This document shows positions 12,677 through 24,403 of a stretch of 61,751 bases of DNA, piece by piece (positions within the stretch are counted from its first letter, which is position 1; each line of letters opens with the position of its first letter). The notes beneath the pieces are model-generated. The model saw nothing but the letters and a program-made list of their open reading frames with translations. It had not been told where the DNA came from and did no database searches. The translations under genes were made by a program, and so were the position numbers. Source of the stretch: Octopus sinensis (lineage: Eukaryota); contig NW_021832239.1 in the NCBI RefSeq assembly GCF_006345805.1, forward strand, positions 1-61,751, given 5' to 3'.

Positions 12677-12845
12677 AGGCGGCGAGCTGGCAGAAACATT
12701 AGCACGCCGGGCGAGATGCTTAGCAGTATTTCGTCTGCTTTTACGTTCTGAGTTCAAATTCTGCCGAGGTTGACTTTGCCTTTCATCCATTCAGGGTCGA
12801 TCAATTAAGTACCAGTTACGCACTGGATCGATGTAATCGACTTAT
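12677..12845 (+). mobile_element. Meta-domain SINE (family B), 3'-truncated
   Basis: GGCGGCGAGCTGGCAGAAAC head, GAGTTCAAATT B box, GACTTTGCCTTTCATCC..GGGTCGAT..AAGTACCAG domain. Confidence 0.85.
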
Positions 12846-12849
12846 TCAC

Positions 12850-13295
12850 GCGAGTACTGTCCAAATCTCTGACCAATCACATACAGTTAACTGGCATTCA
12901 ATTGGCGTATCAAGTTTCGGGCATTCTGATTGGGTTTTGGATAGGAAATTCACAAAAAGTCACTTCTATTGATTTTTGAATGGCTTTGCGGGGTGACTGG
13001 GGAAATGTAAAGATGTGTACGACCACCCTTGGACGGTTTTGAATGACCATAGAAAGTGCGAGCCCTCTAACTGAAAAATTGTCGATTTGTATAAAGGACA
13101 CACACACAGACAGCCATTTTGCCGTTTATATATATATTTAATGGCTTTGCGGGGAGACTGGGGAAATGTAAAGATGTGCATGACCACCCTTGGACGGTTT
13201 TGAATGACCATAGAAAGTGAGCCCTCAAACTGAAAAATTGTGGATTTGTATAAAGGACACACAGACAGACATTTTGCCGTTTATATATATAGAGA
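12850..13295 (-). mobile_element. Helitron-like element with duplicated ~160-bp 5' segment
   Basis: Minus strand starts (A)TCTCTATATATATAAACGGCAAAATGTCTGTCTG; 12977-13137 and 13138-13295 are direct duplicates. Confidence 0.55.
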
Positions 13296-13324
13296 TGGTA
13301 TTACTTGTAATGTCCTCATAGATA

Positions 13325-13490
13325 TATGATGGGCTTCATTTGGTTTCTGTCTACCAAATCCCCTAACAAGGCTTTGGTCAGCTCAAGGCTATAGAAGAAG
13401 ACAGTTGCCCAAGGTGCCACACAGTGGGATTGAACCTGGAACCATGTGGTTGCGATGCAAGCTTCTTACCACACAGCCACATCTGTGCCT
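13325..13490 (-). mobile_element. Family A SINE 5' half
   Basis: Matches the family A head and CORE-like region. Confidence 0.8.
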
Positions 13491-13869
13491 TGGTAGTTAC
13501 AAATCCAAAGCTACAAACTCTCATAACTTCAGGTTTTTCTTGAAGATTTTCGAGCAGGTCTTCAGGGTGTCCTCATAACAAAGCAGCAAGCTACCTTGGT
13601 GTCTGGCTCTAGAGCTATGCTGACCACACAAAAGGGTTTTAGGCAAGCGAGTGTCCCCCATGCATGCCACATGGCCAACAATATCACTGTGAAGATTGGC
13701 TAACCTTAGTGAGAGAGTTTATTGTGTTAGTATTGAGGGCAGAGCCATGCAAACTTGGCTGCATCACTATGGAGCAGATTAAGATGCTATAAGCGTTATC
13801 TGTTTGTGGCTGACGATTTGGCCTCCAGGAAGTTTGCAGGTGCAATGCCTGGCACAGTGCCATGGCATA

Positions 13870-14402
13870 ATGTGTCTGTGTGTCTGTGTGTCTGTGTGTG
13901 TGTGTGTGTGTCTGTGTGTGTGGGTGTGTGTGTGTGTGTGTGTGTGTGTCTGTGTGTGTGGGTGTGTGTGTGTGTGGTGTGTGCGTACATTCACTCGAAC
14001 GAACTAGCAGCAGCAACAGCAACAATAGTAACAAATATGATAATGAATGTAGTGATGATGATGATGATGATGATGACGACGATGACGATGATGTGTATGA
14101 TGATGATATGATGATTACAATGATGACAATGATGATGATGATGATGATGACGACGGCGGCGACGGTGAGGAGGAGTAGGAGGTGGTGGTGGTGGTGGTGG
14201 TGGTGGTGGAAGTGGAGGAAGGGGGACGAGGGGAGGTGGAGCAATAGAGGATTGTGGTGGTGATGAAGCTGATGATGATGAAAGCGGTGATTTTAGAGGC
14301 AGCAGTGTTAATAAGTCCTGGTAGTGGCGATGGTAGTGATAATGGTGGTGGTGGTGGTGGTGGTGGTGGTGAAAATGGATGTTAGGGTGGGCGTGGTAGT
14401 GG

Positions 14403-14450
<48 letters not shown>
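13870..14450. repeat. Compound (TG)n, (GAT)n, (GGT)n, (TAA)n microsatellites
   Basis: Seen directly. Confidence 0.9.
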
Positions 14451-14452
<2 letters not shown>

Positions 14453-14981
14453 TCTAGTACATACAGACCGAACCATCAAGGCCAATAAACCAGATATTGT
14501 TGTGAAAGACAAAAACAATAAAGTTTGCTTATTGATCGACATGAGCATCCCCTGTGATCATAATATCTCAGCGAAAGAGTTTGACAAGCTCAGAAAATAT
14601 AAAGACCTGCTCATTGAAATTGAGAAAATGTGGCATCTCAAGGCGGTTACAATACCAGTGATCGTAGGAGCACTAGGAATGATCAAGAAGGGAACCGAAA
14701 ATTATATGAGAATGATCCCTGGCTTTCCATCCCTGCAAGAAGTGCAAAAGATTGTCTTAACTGGTACATCACACGTATTGAGAAGAGCATTGTCGATGTG
14801 AGAACTGTTGCTGCTCATGTATTTTAATTTAACTTTAAAAAAAAATAAAAAAAATAAAAATGAACGAACTACTGAGTTTGGTTTAATGGCCTACCAATGT
14901 ATACTATGAGTTTCTTTGCCCTAGGAGTCGGGAAGACACTCGGCAAGAAATGGAAGCAAATTTGAAAGAAGAAGAAAAAAA
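14451..14981 (+). mobile_element. 5'-truncated R4/Dong-clade non-LTR retrotransposon (C-terminal restriction-like endonuclease + 3' UTR)
   Basis: Open frame 14451-14801: ILVHTDRTIKANKPDIVVKDKNNKVCLLIDMSIPCD..KLRKYKDL..IEKMW..VTIPVIVGALG, a PD-(D/E)xK RLE motif; (TAA)n on both sides. Confidence 0.85.
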
Positions 14982-15001
14982 ATGATAATAATAATAATAA
15001 T

Positions 15002-15556
15002 GCCCTGATGCAGTACCAGGCAGTGGCTCTCATGGCTTCTAATCTTAACTGATTGGAAGTGTTATCATGTACATAGTTTTGTCTTGGTATAAAAGATGGC
15101 CTACAGCAAATATTCTGCTCAATACCACAGATTTGCTTGTCAGTTGTTTGACCTTAACCAGTTGAGCATGTCCCATAGTGGCTGACGATATGTGCATCTC
15201 TAAACCACGAGCAGAAGTAGTGGGGGAGCATCATAGCCATGTGTTGAGAGGGATTCTTTGGGGTTTAAATGATTCAACTCTGGAAACATGGGTGCTTCGT
15301 TCAACATCCTTAAACAACCCTTATTCAGTGACCTTTTAAGCGGGATGGGTTACTCGATCTGAAGAAAATTCTAACTGGGCCCCATCTGCAAGGTCATGCG
15401 CTGATTATATTGATATGAGATCACCATGTCACACACATATGGTTGTGATGCATGTGCCTGGTGTACCCTTATCAAACGGGTAGTCATGATGGGTATATTG
15501 GGCTTCGTATATTTTACCCCAGTGTCACTTTGATGGCATTAACTGCTCTCTCACTC
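15002..15556. mobile_element. Unclassified ~555-bp insert between (TAA)n tracts
   Basis: Non-coding complex sequence bounded by (TAA)n at 14985-15001 and 15557-15587. Confidence 0.5.
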
Positions 15557-15557
15557 A

Positions 15558-15585
<28 letters not shown>

Positions 15586-15588
<3 letters not shown>

Positions 15589-15752
15589 CTTTCAACTGGA
15601 AGCACAAGGCCTCAAATATGGGGGGAAGGGATTAAGTCGATTACATCAACCCCAGCGCGTAACTGGTACTTATTTAATCAACCTCAAAAGGACGAAAGGC
15701 AAAGTCGACTTTGGCGGAATTTGAACTCAGAACGTAGCGGCAAACGAAATAA
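15586..15752 (-). mobile_element. Family B (Meta-domain) SINE fragment
   Basis: Reverse complement of the family B body. Confidence 0.8.
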
Positions 15753-16183
15753 CTCTAACCACTCTTCTTAAATAAGTACCAGGTACTGCGTAGTGGGACC
15801 GAATTCGAAACCTCGTTGCATCGCTTTGCAGAGCGATTTCCTCAACCACACAGCCACGCATGCACTTAAGGGCCAGAACTTATTGATAAAAGAAGAGAAG
15901 GGGACAGAAAAGGTTCAACTGGTGATGGACAGTATTTGTCAGTTAAGCATCTGCTGGTCTGCATCCATTTCTCCCCCACGTCATTGTCCCTTATATGATA
16001 AAAGAACAAACACAAACAATTATGAGGGTATAGAGAAAGTTGTGGGGGTGAGAGTTACCCCCGTTATTTCTTTCACTTCCTAAAACTGCGTCATTTGAAC
16101 CAGTTTTACTCAACCCCAAACAGCTCTCGTCACTTGCCGCAAGTCAAAGGTCCATAGTTCCTTTGATGTCGTTCACCACTACA

Positions 16184-17745
16184 AACCACCACCACCACCA
16201 CCATCACCACCATCATCACCATCACCACCACAACCACAACCATCACCATCAACACCACCACCATAACCACCACTACCACCACCACCATCATCACCACCAC
16301 CACCAACACCACCATCACCACCACCACCACCAACCACCACCACCATCATCATCACCATCACTACCATCATCACCACCACCACCAACACCACCACCATCAC
16401 CACCACCACCATCATCATCACCACCACCACCATAACCACCACCACCACCATCATCACCACCACCACCATCATCACCACCACCACCATCATCATCACCACC
16501 ACCACCATAACCACCACCACCATAACCACCACCACCATAACCACAACCACCACCACCACCATAACCACCAACACCACCATCATCACCACCACCACCATAA
16601 CCACCACCACCACCATCATCACCACCACCACCATAACCACAACCACCACCACCACCATAACCACCACACACCACCATCATCACCCACCACCACCATCATC
16701 CACCACCACCACCATCACCACCACCACCACCATCATCACCATCACTACCATCATCACCACCACCACCATCATCAACCACCACCACCACCATATAACCACC
16801 ACCACCATAACCCCACCACCACCACCACCATCACCACCATAACCACCACCACCACCACCACATCACCACCACCATCATCACCACCACCACCATCATCATC
16901 ACACCACCACCATAACCACCACCACCATAACCACAACCACCACCACCACCATCATCACCACCACCACCATCATCATCACCACCACCACCATAACCACCAC
17001 CACCATAACCACAACCACCCACCACCATAAACACCAACACCACCATCATCACCACCCACCATCATCACCACCACCACATCATCATCACCACCACCATCAT
17101 CATCACCATCACCACCATAACCACCACCACCATAACCACAACCACCACCACCACCATAACCACCACCACCACCATCATCACCACCACCACCATCATCATC
17201 ACCACCACCACCATAACCACCACCACCACCATCATCACCACCACCACCATAACCACAACCACCACCACCACCATAACCACCACCACCACCATCATCACCA
17301 CCACCACCATCATCATCACCACCACCACCATAACCACCACCACCACCATCATCACCACCACACCATCATCACCACCACCACCATCATCATCACCACCACC
17401 ACCATCACCACCACCACCATAACACCACCACCATAACCACAACCACCACCACCACCATAACCACCAACACCACCATCATCACCACCACCACCATAACCAC
17501 CACCACCACCATCATCACCACCACCACCATAACCACAACCACCACCACCACCATAACCACCACCACCACCATCATCATCACCACCACCATCATCACCACC
17601 ACCACCATAACCACAACCACCACCACCACCATAACCACCAACACCACCATCATCACAACCACCACCATCATCATCACCACCACCACCATAACCACCACCA
17701 CCACCATCATCACCATCACCACCATCACTACCACCACCATCACCA
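16184..17745. repeat. Complex (CAC/CAT/AAC)n repeat, ~1.56 kb
   Basis: Trinucleotide mosaic with recurring CCATAACCACAACCACC blocks. Confidence 0.95.
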
Positions 17746-17914
17746 GCTGTCTGTACTAGCATAGAATCCCCCTACACACACATCCAGCCTCACTTTCTCG
17801 CTCCGTCCACCTAGGAATACTTACAAGTACACATCACATATACATTCGGGCATACACGTACGCACACACACATGCAATACATACGCATCATGCATACGTA
17901 TACCAAAAAACGTA

Positions 17915-18145
17915 GGTACTACTTAAGAGTGGTGCGCGCACTCGCGTACTTACGCATCCGCGCTAGCTAGTCGTGACTAGTCGATCCTACAACGACTACC
18001 TAGCAAAGTAAATAAAACACAAAGTAAATAATTTTTTTACACAAAGTAAATAAAACAAAAATACAAAGTAAGGATCGACTAGTCACGACTAGCTAGCGCG
18101 GATACGCGAGTGCGCGCACCGGGACCACTCTTCTTAAATAGTACC
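17915..18145. mobile_element. CpG-rich foldback MITE with 9-bp TSD (MULE- or Merlin-like)
   Basis: Ends GGTACTACTTAAGAGTGGT / ACCACTCTTCTTAAATAGTACC; internal inverted repeat GCTAGCTAGTCGTGACTAGTCGATCCT; TSD AAAAACGTA at 17906-17914 and 18146-18154; second copy at 40626-40840. Confidence 0.85.
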
Positions 18146-18224
18146 AAAAACGTATATGCCCAAAGGTAACGCACACGTACATACACGCGTTGTACATTTT
18201 TTGCTGTTGTTTGATCATATCTGA

Positions 18225-18608
18225 GATGTTTTAACTTTGACCGGCAGATTTTTAAAATAATTTCTTTGTAACTAAACACTTTTAAACTTCGTATACTGGG
18301 AGAATGTGTTTATAAAACATCTTTTTCTCTTGGATTTCTTGATAAGGCACTGATATGACACCGCAAATAATTGTTGTTGACAAAGACCCGCAGAAATTAC
18401 ATTCACCCCAATAGACCTCATTGATTGGTTGAAATTGCCGAAATGCAAGAAATTGAACAGCAAATAGCTTACAAACTACAGAATTTTCTCAAGAACGCCA
18501 AGAGAAAAAGATGTTTTATGCGACACATTCTACCAGTATACGAAGTTTAAAAGTGTTTAGTTAGAAAGAAATTATTTTTAAAATTTGCCGTTCAAAGTGA
18601 AAAGATCC
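18225..18608. mobile_element. GGATC-family MITE, foldback subtype
   Basis: ~100-bp inverted arms (TAACTAAACACTTTTAAACTTCGTATACTGG...). Confidence 0.8.
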
Positions 18609-18862
18609 CTTATCTGTTTGGCTACAAGCATTTCATAGATTAAAGTTTATCGAAAATTTTTTAATTTGGCTCATTAATGTAATATTCCAAGCTGAATTTC
18701 TGTTCCAGAAAAATAATTTTAAAAAGTTATAGAGGTTTTAAGTTTCAACATGGTGCAAATAATGTCTTGCTCACGGCGGCATTGCAGAGAATAGGGTATA
18801 GTATGCATTATCTTCCATTAACTTTTTGCATTTCGAATTAATGCAAACATTTAAGTAACTTA

Positions 18863-19662
18863 TCTCTCTATATATATAAAGCTGAAGTTGTCTGTGTGTG
18901 TGTGTGTGGCAGGTTTGGTAGCCTTCAACTAACACTATCTCCCCCAAGACCCTGTGGCGCAAGTTGACCAAAATTGAGAGTATGATAGAAGAAGGCTTGC
19001 TCTTCCTTCCGTAGAAGATAAAATTCAAATCGGACCATGTTAACACCAAAAATTATTTACATCAAAAAGGTGCTTTTTTTCTATGAAAATCCCTATTTTT
19101 TACGATTTTTTGACTGCTGTGTCGCTATTTTTCGGTGCATTTCAACCAGAAAAAATGTTCACTTAAAGAGAATAACAAGCTACATAATGCAAAAATTTTT
19201 ACTTTTCAAAAATTCCAATTCTAAAGGGTAGAAACAAACCCGAGCAACGCCGGGCGATACTGCTAGTCTATATATATAAAGCTGAAGTTGTCTGTGTGTG
19301 GCAGGTTTGGTAGCCTTCAACTAACACTATCTCCTCCGAGACCCTGTGGCGCAAGTTGACCAAAATTGAGAGTATGATAGAAGAAGGCTTACTCTTCATT
19401 CGGTAGAAGAAAAAATTCAAATCGGACCATGTTAATACCAAAAATTATATACATCAAAAAGGTGCTTTTTTTCTATGAAAATCCCTATTTTTTACGACTT
19501 TTTGACTGCTGTGTTGCCATTTTTCGGTGCATTTCAACCAGAAAAATGTTCACTTAAAGAGAATAACAAGCTACATAATGCAAAACTTTTACTTTTCAAA
19601 AGTTCCAATTCTAAAGGGTCGAAAAGAAAACAAGCCCGAGCAACGCTGGGCTATACTGCTAG
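18863..19662 (+). mobile_element. Head-to-tail dimer of a non-autonomous Helitron (subfamily 1)
   Basis: Units 18863-19266 and 19267-19662, each TC..TATATAAAGCTGAAG...CCCGAGCAACGC(C/T)GGG..CTAG; A|T insertion site, no TSD. Confidence 0.9.
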
Positions 19663-19766
19663 TTATTAAATACGATAATATGAGTTGTTCACATGTTTTG
19701 GGACCACTGAAACAAATATGCCGTTTATCGTTAAATAAACTTCGCCATAATATTTCTCCATCATTT

Positions 19767-19916
19767 ATAGGAGTGGCCGTGTGGTATGTAGCTTGCTTAC
19801 CAACCACATGCTTCCGGGTTCAGTCCCACTGCGTGGCAAGTGTCTTCTACTATAGCCTCGGGCCAACCGAAGCTATGTGAGTGGATTTGGTAGACGGAAA
19901 CTGAAAGAAGCTTGTC

Positions 19917-19968
<52 letters not shown>

Positions 19969-20089
19969 TCCTAGGCGTAGGAGTGGCTGTGTGGTAAGTT
20001 CCGGGTTCAATCCCACTGCGTGGCACCTTGGGCCGACCAAAGCCTTGTGAGTGGATTTAGTAGACGGAAACTGAAAGAAGCCCGTCGTA

Positions 20090-20120
<31 letters not shown>

Positions 20121-20324
20121 TTGTGTGTCTGTGTTTGTGTCCCCCCCCCCCAACATCGCTTGACAACCGATGCTGGTGTGTTTACGTCCCCGTAACTTAT
20201 CGGTTCGGCAAAAGGGACCGATAGAATAAGTACTAGGTTTCTTACAAAGAATAAGTCCTGGAGTCGATTTGCTCGACTAAAGGCGGTGCTCCAGCATGGC
20301 CACAGTCACACGACTGAAACAAGT
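19767..20324 (+). mobile_element. Two family A SINEs in tandem
   Basis: Heads GGAGTGGC(C/T)GTGTGGTA at ~19770 and ~19980; the second runs to the tail ACTGAAACAAGT. Confidence 0.85.
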
Positions 20325-20937
20325 GTGTGGAAGCACTCCGTCGGTTACGACGACGAGGGTTCCGGTTGATCCGAATCAACGGAACAGCCTGCTCGTGAAA
20401 TTAACGTGTAAGTGGCTGAGCACTCCACAGACACGTGTACCCTTAACGTAGTTCTCGGGGATAATCAGCGTGACACAGAGAGTGACAAGGCCGGCCCTTT
20501 GAAATATAGGTACAACAGAAACAGGAAGTAAGAGTGAGAGAAAGTTGTGGTGAAAGAGTACAGCAGGGATCACCACCATCCCCTGCCGGAGCCTCGTGGA
20601 GCTTTTAGGTGTTTTCGCTCAATAAACACTCACAACACCATCACCACCACCATCACCACCATCACCACCACCATCATCACAACCACACCACCATCACCAC
20701 CACCATCATCACCACCACCACCATCACCACCAACACCATCATCACCACCACCATCACCACCACTACCACCACCACCACAACCACCATCGTCATCACCACC
20801 ACAACCACCATCGTCATCACCACCACCACCATCATCATCACCACCACCACCACTACCAACACCATCATCTGGGAATCGAAACCGCGATCCTACGACCGCG
20901 AGTCCGCTGCCCTAACCACTGGGCCATTGCGCCTCAA
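20325..20937 (-). mobile_element. Family C SINE with internal (CAC)n expansion
   Basis: TSD ACTGAAACAAGT at 20313-20324 and 20938-20949; ~230-bp CAC/CAT tract at 20636-20866 inside the element. Confidence 0.9.
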
Positions 20938-20957
20938 ACTGAAACAAGTAAAAGAAT

Positions 20958-21380
20958 GGCACAGGAGTGGCTGTGTGGTAAGTAGCTTATCTACCAACCA
21001 CATGGTTCCGGGTTCAGTCCCACTGCGTGGCACCTTGGGCAAGTGTCTTCTACTATAGCCTCGGGCCGACCAAAGCCTTGTGAGTGGATTTGGTAGACGG
21101 AAACTGAAAGAAGCCCGTCGTATATATGTATATATATATATATATATATGTATATGCGTGTGTGTGTTTGTGTGAGTGTGTTTGTCCCCCTAGCATTGCT
21201 TGACAACCGATGCTGGTGTCTTTATGTCCCCGTTACTTAGCGGTTCGGCAAAAGACACCGATAGAATAAGTACTGGGCCTACAAAAGAATAAGTGCCGAG
21301 GTCGAGTTGCTCGATTAAAGGCGGTGCTCCAGCATGGCCGCAGTCAAATGACTGAAACAAGTAAAAGAGAAAAGAGAAAA
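20958..21380 (+). mobile_element. Full-length family A (CORE-like) SINE
   Basis: tRNA-like head (TGGCTGTGTGGTAAG..GGTTCAGTCCC), CORE-like ACCTTGGGCAAGTG, internal (TA)n(TG)n, tail (AAAAGAG)n. Confidence 0.9.
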
Positions 21381-21780
21381 AGTGTGTGTGTGCGCGCGCA
21401 CGCGTAAGTCGACACTTCCAAATGACACGTGTCAGTATTTTGCAATCGACAAAGCTGTATCAATTTATGGCGTAACAAACGAGAGATGTTATCTATCTTA
21501 CACACCATTATGTATTCATGTCAGCCCGCTTCTGTATTTATGTATCTTATTGGATGGACAGTGTTGACAAATTCAACAGAAAACAGAATCCATTTCAATG
21601 AATTTCAATATTCGCTAATGTTTAATACATCTGTTGTATGTTTTAATGTGAAGACAAACATGACAGAAAGAAAGATACAAAGTAATCAGGCGAGCAAGTG
21701 TGGCTTATTTCAAATTCTAGTTTTATTTTTTGAAAAAGAAAAAAAAAAACGTTTAAAATAACCGTTTGGAAGAAAAATGG

Positions 21781-22191
21781 GGATCTTTTCGGTTTGAACG
21801 GCAGTTTTTTCCAGCGGTGTCATATGAAATTGTCACCCATAATTATGACCCTAGTATCGATCTATTGCATTTCAATCTATTTTAGGGTTAGGGGTGGGGG
21901 GAAGGGTATCTTTTTTTCTTCAGAAATGTAAATAAACCCAATCTGTTTCTTAAACGAGGGACATATTCATACGGCCCAGAATGCTTTTTACCTCAATGGA
22001 CGTCATTGATTGGTTGAAATTGCAAAATTTGAAGACAAAAAACAACAAATATCTTACAAACTATAGAATTTTCTCAAGAAAGCCAAGAGAAAACGATGTT
22101 TTATAAACACATTCTACCAGTATACGAAGTTTAAAAGTGTTTAGTTACATGGAAATTACGTTAAAAACTGCCGTTCAAACCGAAAAGATCC
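21781..22191 (-). mobile_element. GGATC-ended MITE
   Basis: TIRs GGATCTTTTCGGTTTGAACGGCAGTTTTT; internal TTAGGG. Confidence 0.9.
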
Positions 22192-22517
22192 TACGCGGCG
22201 CCATAACAGCACTGCCAAAACGTCTCACACCCGATTTGACAAGCATTAACAGTAAACATTAATTATGTTATTTGAAGCTTACTGCCGGAACGGATTCTAC
22301 GTTTTTATCTCTCAACTATTCTTAGAGCCTAAAAGTTACGGATTTCCGCAACAGTTGTTATTCAAGTTACCAAGACTAATAAATCCGAAAGGAATTTTGT
22401 TTTTACAATTATTTTGGTGCGTAAAAAGCTTTATTTCAACCTCTGTTTAGTTGATGGCAGTTTTACAACTAAAACTGTATTTGTTACCATTCTTTGCTTA
22501 ATATTATATTCAAAACA

Positions 22518-23025
22518 AGGCGGCGAGCTGGCAGAAACGTTAGCACGCCGGGCGAAATGCTTAGTAGTATAATTCCGCCTTTCATCCTTTCGGGGTCGAT
22601 AAATAAGTACCAGTTACGCACTGGGGACGATATAATCGACTTAATCCGTTTGTGTCCTTGTTTGTCCTCCCCGTGTTTGACCCCTTGTGGGTAGTAAAGA
22701 AATAGGTATTTCGTCTGCCGTTACGTTCTGGGTTCAAATTCCGCTGAGGTCGACTTTGCTTTTCGTCCTTTCGGGGTCGATTAAATAAGTACCAGTTACG
22801 CACTGGGGTCGATATAACCGTCTTAATACGTTTGTCTATCCTTGTTTGTCCCCTCTGTGTTTAGCCCCTTGTGGGTAGTAAAGAAACAGGTATAATTCCG
22901 CCAAGGTTGACTTTGCCTTTCATCCTTTCGGGGTAAATTAAGTACCAGTTGCGTACAGGAGTCGATCTAATCGACTGGCCCCCTTCCCCAAAAATTTCGG
23001 GCCTTGTGCCTAGAGTAGAAAAGAA
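22518..23025 (+). mobile_element. Nested/tandem family B SINEs
   Basis: Three Meta-domain segments; direct repeat GTATAATTCCGCC at 22567-22579 and 22890-22902. Confidence 0.85.
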
Positions 23026-23029
23026 TATA

Positions 23030-23099
23030 GATCTTTACCTTTTGACCGACTAGTTACAAAAAATTATTTTAAAATCTGTCGGTCAAAATATAAAGATCC
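23030..23099. mobile_element. 70-bp minimal GATC-ended MITE
   Basis: GATCTTTA..TTTTGACCGAC / GTCGGTCAAAA..TAAAGATC. Confidence 0.65.
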
Positions 23100-23107
23100 T
23101 TCGTATA

Positions 23108-23618
23108 TGTATACAGACACACGCATACATATGTAACATCTTTTGAGAAAAACTTATATCTACGAAGTTATTTCACGTTAAAGTTGTCGTATTTCGGTGA
23201 TTTCAACCAATCAATGACATGTATTCAGCTGAACAAAATTACTGCCGTTGTTTGTCGACAACAACTATCGGTGGTGTATTTTTCGTTTGTTATTGTTATT
23301 TATGACATCGTTCGTGCATTTGTACTGGTTTTAGCTTTAGGGTTTTAGGGTTAGGGTTAGAGATAAGGTTTTAGGGGTAGGGTTAGGATTTTAGGGTTAG
23401 GGTTGTCATAAATAACAATGACAAACGAAAAATACGCCGCCGGAGGTTCTTGTTGCCAAACAACAGCGGTAATTTTATTCAGCTGAATACACGTCATTGA
23501 TTGGTTGAAATTACTGAAATAGGACTACTTTAACGTGAAACAACATCGTAAATATAAGTTTTTCTCAAAAATGCTTAGAGTAAAAGATGTTACATATGTA
23601 TGCGTGTGTCTGTATACA
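23108..23618. mobile_element. Foldback element with ~200-bp arms around a (TTAGGG)n-like core
   Basis: Arms 23108-23307 and 23404-23618; core ~23330-23403 of degenerate TTAGGG. Confidence 0.85.
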
Positions 23619-24360
23619 CACATACACAAACACACACACACAACCACACACCTGTTCACAACATGATTAAAACAAGCACAAGAGTCTCTGATAAAATCCA
23701 TGCCACAACATTATTAACCTTATTTTTCCAACCCTTTTGACAGTTTCTTTTCTTGGAACAGTCGTGTTTCATCTCCAACTCCCAGCAATAAAACAGACGA
23801 ACTTAAACCACAGACAATTTTTCTGACAGCTTCTTTTCCTGGAACAACCGAGTTCCATTTTCAACTCTTAAAAATAAAACAAATAACAAACATAAAATCC
23901 AGTCTACTCTTATGAGTGTTTGGCTCGTTTCATCATATGTTAAACGAATCTTATTTCTAAATTATTCAGCGTACGGATTTGCAATTATACATCCAAATTC
24001 ATACACTTATTGTAAAAGAGGATGCGAATTTTTTTCAAAAGGTATTGTTTATAATACATTCTCTTTTCTTTCATTTTTCTTTCATAAAACTTAAAAAGTA
24101 AATAATGCCAAGATTAATCTATTTTTGTATGCTTTCAAACAACCATTTTATATATAAATATGTATATGTATAAGTATATATATAAAGCACATTTCCCAGT
24201 ACAGCTATCGGTAGTTTTTGGTTAAAACAATAATTGTTATTATAATCTTTTTCCGCGTAGAAGTCACTTTTTGTGCGCAGACAAAGATCGGCCGAACTCA
24301 TCAGGAAAAACAAGATGAAGAATTCCACCATGAATAAGAATCTAATATCACACACACACG

Positions 24361-24403
<43 letters not shown>

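Noticed and set aside
18771-19669. Recurrent ORFs MLTPKIIYIKK / KPSSIILSILVNLR
   Set aside because: Translations of the non-coding Helitron body; no Rep or helicase motifs.
20991-21206. Recurrent peptide [42 protein letters not shown] in several ORFs
   Set aside because: It is the antisense translation of the family A SINE, not a gene family.
24285-24310. CTGATGAG on the minus strand as a hammerhead core
   Set aside because: No stem II or GAAA-stem III arrangement follows.
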